DNA from: Candidatus Kapaibacterium sp.
Lineage (GTDB): Bacteria > Bacteroidota > Ignavibacteria > Kapaibacteriales > UBA2268
NCBI GenBank assembly: GCA_963665665.1
Contig: OY762428.1
Span: 3,840,001 to 3,904,000, forward strand
Reading direction: 5' to 3'
Length of the DNA stretch: 64,000 nucleotides
The position numbers and the translations under genes were made by a program. Below the pieces are notes generated by a model, which was given only the letters and a program-made list of their open reading frames with translations, had not been told where the DNA came from and ran no database searches. This document shows, piece after piece, positions 58,716 to 64,000 of the stretch. Position 1 is the stretch's first letter. Each line of letters opens with the position of its first letter.

Positions 58716-60839
58716 ATGAGAAGGTACTGTTCCACAATGATCGTTGCTTTTGCTTTTTTCTTATTCGTCTGTGCTGCCGGCGCCACAAACCGCCTGACCG
58801 TATTAAACCCGCAACAAAGCTGGAATTCTGCAACCGGTACTATCGAAGAATGCGTAATAACCTGCCAGCCGCGGGGCGCCTTCATTGAATATGATATGTA
58901 CCTGACTTTTTCCGCTCGCGATCTGAATTATTACTCAAATACCCAGCTGGAAGTAGTGATGGATTTTCAGCTTCCTGAAAATGCCCTGCTTTGTGATTCA
59001 TGGCTTTGGGTTGGCGATACAATAGTTGTTGCCGATATAATTGATAAATGGACGGCTTCGATGGTTTACGAGGGAATTGTCAAACGCCGCCGCGACCCTT
59101 CACTGCTTACTAAAAGCAGTTCTACCCAATACCAGCTGCGGGTATATCCAATGCTTGCAAATTCTACAAGAAAAGTGAAAATATCATATATGGTTCCGTT
59201 TAACTGGAACGAGGACAAAGTATTTGCCGCTCCTTACCTGGACATTGTCAGCCAGAGCCTCCGGCGTCCTGAAAAAATTCAATTAATATCCTATGTTGAT
59301 ACCGATTTTTCTAATCCCGTTCTGACCGGCTCAACAAGCCAGCTTACTTACGGAAATATTCCGGAGATAGGGAATTGTTATTATGCTGATATCGATTATG
59401 CCGAGGCTAAAACCGGAAATGTTAAGATACATTTCGATACTGAAGTTTCATCAGGGAATTATCTGAATGTAAACAGGGTTGGTGATGAAAATTATTACCA
59501 GTTGGTTGTTAATACTGATAACATTATTACAGATATTACTCCCAGAAAAGTTCTTGTTCTTTTTGACTATGATTATGGAAAATCAAATTACCCGAAAATG
59601 TCTGTCAATCAGTCAATCAAAGATGCCATCATCGCCAATTTAACGCCGGTTGATTCTTTCAAACTGCTTTATACAGATTATATATTGAAACCAGTTAGTG
59701 ATGAATGGACTGCTGCCACAAATTCGGAAATAGACAGGATATTTGACCTTATTGATGATTCTGATATTTCAGATTTCAGTAATCTGCCAGGGCTGCTGAT
59801 GGAAGCTGTCAGGATAATAAATGAAACTGACGACGAATACACAATATTGCTTGTAACAACAACCGATAAATACGGCAGTCAGGATGCCGGCAATCTGCTT
59901 GTAAATGAAATGCTGAACAATCTCGTCAGAAAATTACCTGTTTATATTGTTGATATTTGTAATGTTAATCCCGCAAGGTACAGGATTAACGGAATAAATT
60001 ATGACGGAAACGAATACCTGAACTATCATCTTGCCAGAATGAGTGGCGGGGAATCTTTGAAATTATACGGGACAAGCTATACAATTACACAACTATTGAA
60101 TCAGGCAATGAGTATGATCTTTTCTTCTGTAGCGGATTTGAATATCCATTATAACCTCGATAATGGTTTCTGCTACAGGAAGCACAATATTTCAGGAGAT
60201 TTTTCAATTGGGAAGAATTTTATTGAAACAGGGCTGATGACAGGCGATTTCCCGTTTGAAATTGAAATAACAGGCTTTTATCGCGACGACCCGTTTTTCA
60301 AAAAAATAGTTATCGAAGAAGATGAAGTATCAATTGTAAGTAATAATAACAATGTTGTCTGGAATGGGTTTGACATAATTGATAAAGAAAAAACATCAAA
60401 TAAAACGAACAAACTGATCCAGGAAATTATTGACCAGAGTATGGACAACAGGGTACTTTCACAATATACTGCATTCCTGGCACTTGAACCGGGAATGGAT
60501 ATTGACTCACTGAAAGGCGAAGAAGATGATGAGGACGTTAATACCGATGTCGTATATAACCGAAACAAACAAATAAATATAACAACATATCCGAATCCAT
60601 TCAGTGAATTTACAACACTAGACCTAAGAAGCCTTTCTTTATCTGAATTGAAGAACGTTTCAATCGAGATATTTAATACAGAAGGATCAAAAGTATACTA
60701 TAGTAATAATATTTCAGGTAGCGAAATTCGATGGGAAGGCATTGACGATTCAGGGAATAAATTGCCGGCAGGAGTTTACACTATTTTAATAAAAACAGAT
60801 GAAAGTTCATATCGGATAAGTACCGTTCTAATCAGATAG
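58716..60839 (+). CDS. VIT + vWA-like domain protein with T9SS C-terminal domain
   Basis: YEGIVKRRRDPSLL..YQLRVYP (VIT), VLSQYTAFLALE, TYPNPF..LPAGVY. Confidence 0.8.
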   Translation: MRRYCSTMIVAFAFFLFVCAAGATNRLTVLNPQQSWNSATGTIEECVITCQPRGAFIEYDMYLTFSARDLNYYSNTQLEVVMDFQLPENALLCDSWLWVGDTIVVADIIDKWTASMVYEGIVKRRRDPSLLTKSSSTQYQLRVYPMLANSTRKVKISYMVPFNWNEDKVFAAPYLDIVSQSLRRPEKIQLISYVDTDFSNPVLTGSTSQLTYGNIPEIGNCYYADIDYAEAKTGNVKIHFDTEVSSGNYLNVNRVGDENYYQLVVNTDNIITDITPRKVLVLFDYDYGKSNYPKMSVNQSIKDAIIANLTPVDSFKLLYTDYILKPVSDEWTAATNSEIDRIFDLIDDSDISDFSNLPGLLMEAVRIINETDDEYTILLVTTTDKYGSQDAGNLLVNEMLNNLVRKLPVYIVDICNVNPARYRINGINYDGNEYLNYHLARMSGGESLKLYGTSYTITQLLNQAMSMIFSSVADLNIHYNLDNGFCYRKHNISGDFSIGKNFIETGLMTGDFPFEIEITGFYRDDPFFKKIVIEEDEVSIVSNNNNVVWNGFDIIDKEKTSNKTNKLIQEIIDQSMDNRVLSQYTAFLALEPGMDIDSLKGEEDDEDVNTDVVYNRNKQINITTYPNPFSEFTTLDLRSLSLSELKNVSIEIFNTEGSKVYYSNNISGSEIRWEGIDDSGNKLPAGVYTILIKTDESSYRISTVLIR

Positions 60840-60872
60840 AAAGCACGGGAAATTGATCACCCGAATAGTGAT

Positions 60873-60909
60873 AAATCCGCTTTGGGCAAAAGCTTAGGGC
60901 GGATTTTTT
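60873..60909 (+). terminator. Rho-independent terminator
   Basis: AAATCCGCTTT..AGGGCGGATTTTTT. Confidence 0.65.
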
Positions 60910-61080
60910 CTTTTAGAAAAAAAATTGCCGGTTCTTCGAGGAGAGCTTTCATTTATAAATTTTCATCTGATATAAATATTGCAGTGCTTGTTAAAAATTT
61001 CGTTAACGAAAAAAATCCTGAGACTTTTTCAATTATATTTGTTATTATAATTGAACTTGTTAACGAAATATTGAGAAGCA

Positions 61081-63555
61081 ATGAAACCATTCCTTTACTT
61101 TTTTATTATCCTTATGTCTTCTGTACAATTAAGTGCTACGGCCCTGAGGTCCGGTATATTTCTGCATCATTCCACAGGCGCTAATATTTGGGGGCCCAAC
61201 GGATCGAACACAAGTATTCCGGCTGAACTTGAAGCATACAACAATACTAATGGCTATAGCGGTGATAAAACCTGTAGCATGGCTGAGCAGGGCTGGCCGG
61301 TAAATCCCTGGAACAACGAATGGGAACGCTGGCACAGGATATTTGATAATAACGACCCTGAAGCTGAGATAACAGATTTCCTTTCTTCATACGGAACGAT
61401 TGTTATTAAATCCTGCTACCCTTCATCGGCATTGGAAGAATGGGGCGAACCTTCAGATACCCTGACTCCTACAAAGAAAACGGTTTACAATTATAAATGG
61501 CACTGGAGAAATTTTATTCGAAAAATGGAAACCATGAGTTCGAATTTCTTTGCCGTATGGACTAATGCACCTCTTGTTGAAGCAGCTACTGATGATAATG
61601 CTGCTCTGTTATCGCATCAATTTTGTACCTGGGCAAAAGATACGCTTGCAACAGGCCTTGATATCCAATATGGTGAGTTCCCGGAAAATGTCTATATATT
61701 TGACTTTTTTCATAAACTTGCAGGCCCGGATTATAAACTAAGAAGTGATTATGCTGCAGGTACTAATGACAGCCACCCAAACGCTGCTGCTACGGAGCTT
61801 GTTGCCCCTCAATTTGTAACTGAAATATTTGATGCTGCTATAGAATATGAACAAAATTTTCTGAATGAGGCAGTCCCGGAACTTATATCTCCTTTGGATA
61901 ATTCCGAAGGTATCAGGCCGGATGTTACTTTCAGGTGGAAAGAATTTGATTTTGCAGAGAATTATCTTTTACAAGTGGCTACAGATGCTGATTTTAACAA
62001 TATTGTTTTTGAAAAATTAACTGACAGCACAGCTGTTAAAGCCCAAGGATTAGGATACAACAGATCCTATGTCTGGCGGGTTAAAGCAGTTTTTGGAATA
62101 CTAACCTCTGAGTTTTGCAAAGCCTGGACATTCCGAACAGCAGATTTTCCTCCGGATCAACCAGAGCTTCTTTACCCGGAGAACAGGGCGATAAATATTG
62201 AAACCAAACCTGTTTTCAGGTGGAAATCGCAGAGAAAAATCGATAAATATCATATTTATGTTGCTGAAGATATTTATTTCGATAATATAATATATTCAAG
62301 AATTGGTATAAGGGATACATTTATAGTACCACAGGAAGAACTCCTTAAATACAGGAAATATTATTGGTATATATCAGCATATAACGATGACGGCTTGTCG
62401 GTGGATAGTGAAATATTCGAATTTACAACAGGCGACCCGCTGCCAAACAAAGTTAAACTGATCAATCCACCCGACGAAAGCACTGATATATCTCCATTCG
62501 TTAAATTTGAATGGTACGAAGCCGGATATGCGGAACAATACAGAATAAATATCTTCAAAGACGATATTGTATTATTCATTAGCGATACCACTGATGTTTC
62601 AAATTATTCAACAGACTATCTTGAAACAAATTCGGTTTATTATTGGGGTGTTGCAGCAATAAATTCAACCGGTTTGGGCGAGGAATCTGAAATTTGGAAG
62701 TTTACCACAGGAACTGCCGTAGATCTGATACCAAGCTTTGACTGTATATCTGCTGATGATGATTGTGTGGAGCTGAATCATGAATTCAAATGGACAAAAA
62801 TATCTGATGCAAAAGAATATGAGATTGAAATATACTTCATGGATAATTATTCTAATCCGGTGATAAATGAGATAGTTGAAGATAATTCCTGGATAGTTTA
62901 TCCCATGATGAAGTCCGGCAGGGACTATTCTGTTCGGATCAGGACGATTTTTGAAAGCAGAACCGGGCCATGGAGTGATTTCCTGAATTTCAAAACAGTA
63001 ACTATTCCTGACAGGCCCGTAATTACATATCCTTTGAATAATTACAATGGGGTTAGCCCTGATCCTGTTTTTAAATGGACTGAATCAACCTGTGCAAAAG
63101 AATATTATGTCGAGATTGCTAAAGATATTGATTTTGCCGATTATTCATCTATTAGTTCAGAATCCAATACGGTTACACCTGAAAACCCTCTTGATGATGA
63201 AACCGAATATTTCCTGAGAGTTAAAGCTCAGAACAGTGCCGGGCAAAGCTCATGGAGCGAAATAGTAAAATTCAGAACCGGAACTAATTCTGTTTTTAAT
63301 TCTGATATTAATTGGGACTATATCTGTCCCAACCCGTTTGATGAAATCATTCTGTTGAAAGTTCCAGTGAGTAATAATCCTGTCAGGATAGATGTTGTTG
63401 ATATTAATGGTGTAAGCATTTACTGTAAGGAACATATTTCTAAAGAAGGTAAACTGGCAATTAATACCGCCGGGCTAAATATATCTTCGGGGCTGTATTA
63501 TATTCGTATTATTAACGGGGACAATATTCAAATCTTAAAAGCAATTAAGTTGTAA
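61081..63555 (+). CDS. Secreted protein: uncharacterised N-terminal catalytic-like domain + five FN3-like domains + T9SS C-terminal domain
   Basis: Signal peptide; P.L..P.N..P.F.W..Y..Y.WRV repeats; ICPNPF..SGLYYI. Confidence 0.85.
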   Translation: MKPFLYFFIILMSSVQLSATALRSGIFLHHSTGANIWGPNGSNTSIPAELEAYNNTNGYSGDKTCSMAEQGWPVNPWNNEWERWHRIFDNNDPEAEITDFLSSYGTIVIKSCYPSSALEEWGEPSDTLTPTKKTVYNYKWHWRNFIRKMETMSSNFFAVWTNAPLVEAATDDNAALLSHQFCTWAKDTLATGLDIQYGEFPENVYIFDFFHKLAGPDYKLRSDYAAGTNDSHPNAAATELVAPQFVTEIFDAAIEYEQNFLNEAVPELISPLDNSEGIRPDVTFRWKEFDFAENYLLQVATDADFNNIVFEKLTDSTAVKAQGLGYNRSYVWRVKAVFGILTSEFCKAWTFRTADFPPDQPELLYPENRAINIETKPVFRWKSQRKIDKYHIYVAEDIYFDNIIYSRIGIRDTFIVPQEELLKYRKYYWYISAYNDDGLSVDSEIFEFTTGDPLPNKVKLINPPDESTDISPFVKFEWYEAGYAEQYRINIFKDDIVLFISDTTDVSNYSTDYLETNSVYYWGVAAINSTGLGEESEIWKFTTGTAVDLIPSFDCISADDDCVELNHEFKWTKISDAKEYEIEIYFMDNYSNPVINEIVEDNSWIVYPMMKSGRDYSVRIRTIFESRTGPWSDFLNFKTVTIPDRPVITYPLNNYNGVSPDPVFKWTESTCAKEYYVEIAKDIDFADYSSISSESNTVTPENPLDDETEYFLRVKAQNSAGQSSWSEIVKFRTGTNSVFNSDINWDYICPNPFDEIILLKVPVSNNPVRIDVVDINGVSIYCKEHISKEGKLAINTAGLNISSGLYYIRIINGDNIQILKAIKL

Positions 63556-63564
63556 TATTGTTCT

Positions 63565-64000
63565 TCAGGTTGATTTCTTTTTTATTCTGGTAATTATTTT
63601 TTCATCATTGAGTTCCCGGACAGCATCATTAACCGTCCAGCGGGCAGCCTTGCTTTCCGGATGTTCTTTTAGTATTGTGGCGCATAAATCCAGAGCTTTT
63701 GACCTAAGGTTCATGCTTCTCTTTCCAATTGAACGTATTGCCCAGTTAACAGCTTTTTTTACAAAATTCCTGCCGTCGCCGGCTTCCTTTATCAAATAGG
63801 GAAAAAACTGCTCGAACAAGCTGTCGTCTGACTTTTTATCATGAACTGAAAGGCAGGCCATCATTACAAAACCGGCTCTTTTAACAAATTCTTTTTCACT
63901 GCTCGTCCATTCAAAAGATTTTTGAATGGCTATCGGGGTTTTATCAAGAACAGTACTGCAGGCCTGATCGCAAATATCCCACGAGTAAAAATCATTCACC
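63565..64000 (-). CDS. DNA alkylation repair protein (AlkD-like), 5' end outside the window
   Basis: SWDICDQ, WTSSEKEFVKRAGF, DGRNFVKKAVNWAIRSIGKR. Confidence 0.88.
   Translation of the reverse strand, partial: VNDFYSWDICDQACSTVLDKTPIAIQKSFEWTSSEKEFVKRAGFVMMACLSVHDKKSDDSLFEQFFPYLIKEAGDGRNFVKKAVNWAIRSIGKRSMNLRSKALDLCATILKEHPESKAARWTVNDAVRELNDEKIITRIKKKST

Overview
64 kb of chromosomal DNA from an FCB-group bacterium. The evidence is a Bacteroidota-type TTTG-N19-TAnnTTTG promoter, many T9SS C-terminal sorting domains and a PorU-like C25 peptidase; Candidatus Kapabacteria/Ignavibacteria-like is my inference. Most of the window is housekeeping and envelope genes (rpmE, rpsR, two UvrD/PcrA helicases, glf, wzx, GH57, rlpA, lat, gmhB, ribD, rlmN, kdsB, asnB-like, pdxJ), T9SS cargo proteins, an ECF sigma/anti-sigma pair and a tandem pair of Rpn (PD-(D/E)XK) nuclease genes. 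The stand-out feature is a ~1.6 kb apparently non-coding element present twice, in inverted orientation about 40 kb apart (8438-10077 and 49408-51045). Each copy has a 559-bp very AT-rich core carrying four motif pairs symmetric about one axis. The core is flanked by two mutually inverted, phase-locked arrays of 21-bp units whose lengths co-vary between copies (22/23 vs 19/20 units), making a giant degenerate foldback. Other observations: an unannotated 58-aa ORF heading a Cys-free rpmE-rpsR operon, a GldL/PorL-like protein with a long N-terminal extension next to the PorU-like gene, a dual-membrane-type anti-sigma factor and a shared ECF-type promoter upstream of T9SS cargo genes. All product calls come from motif recognition by eye; no database searches were run.
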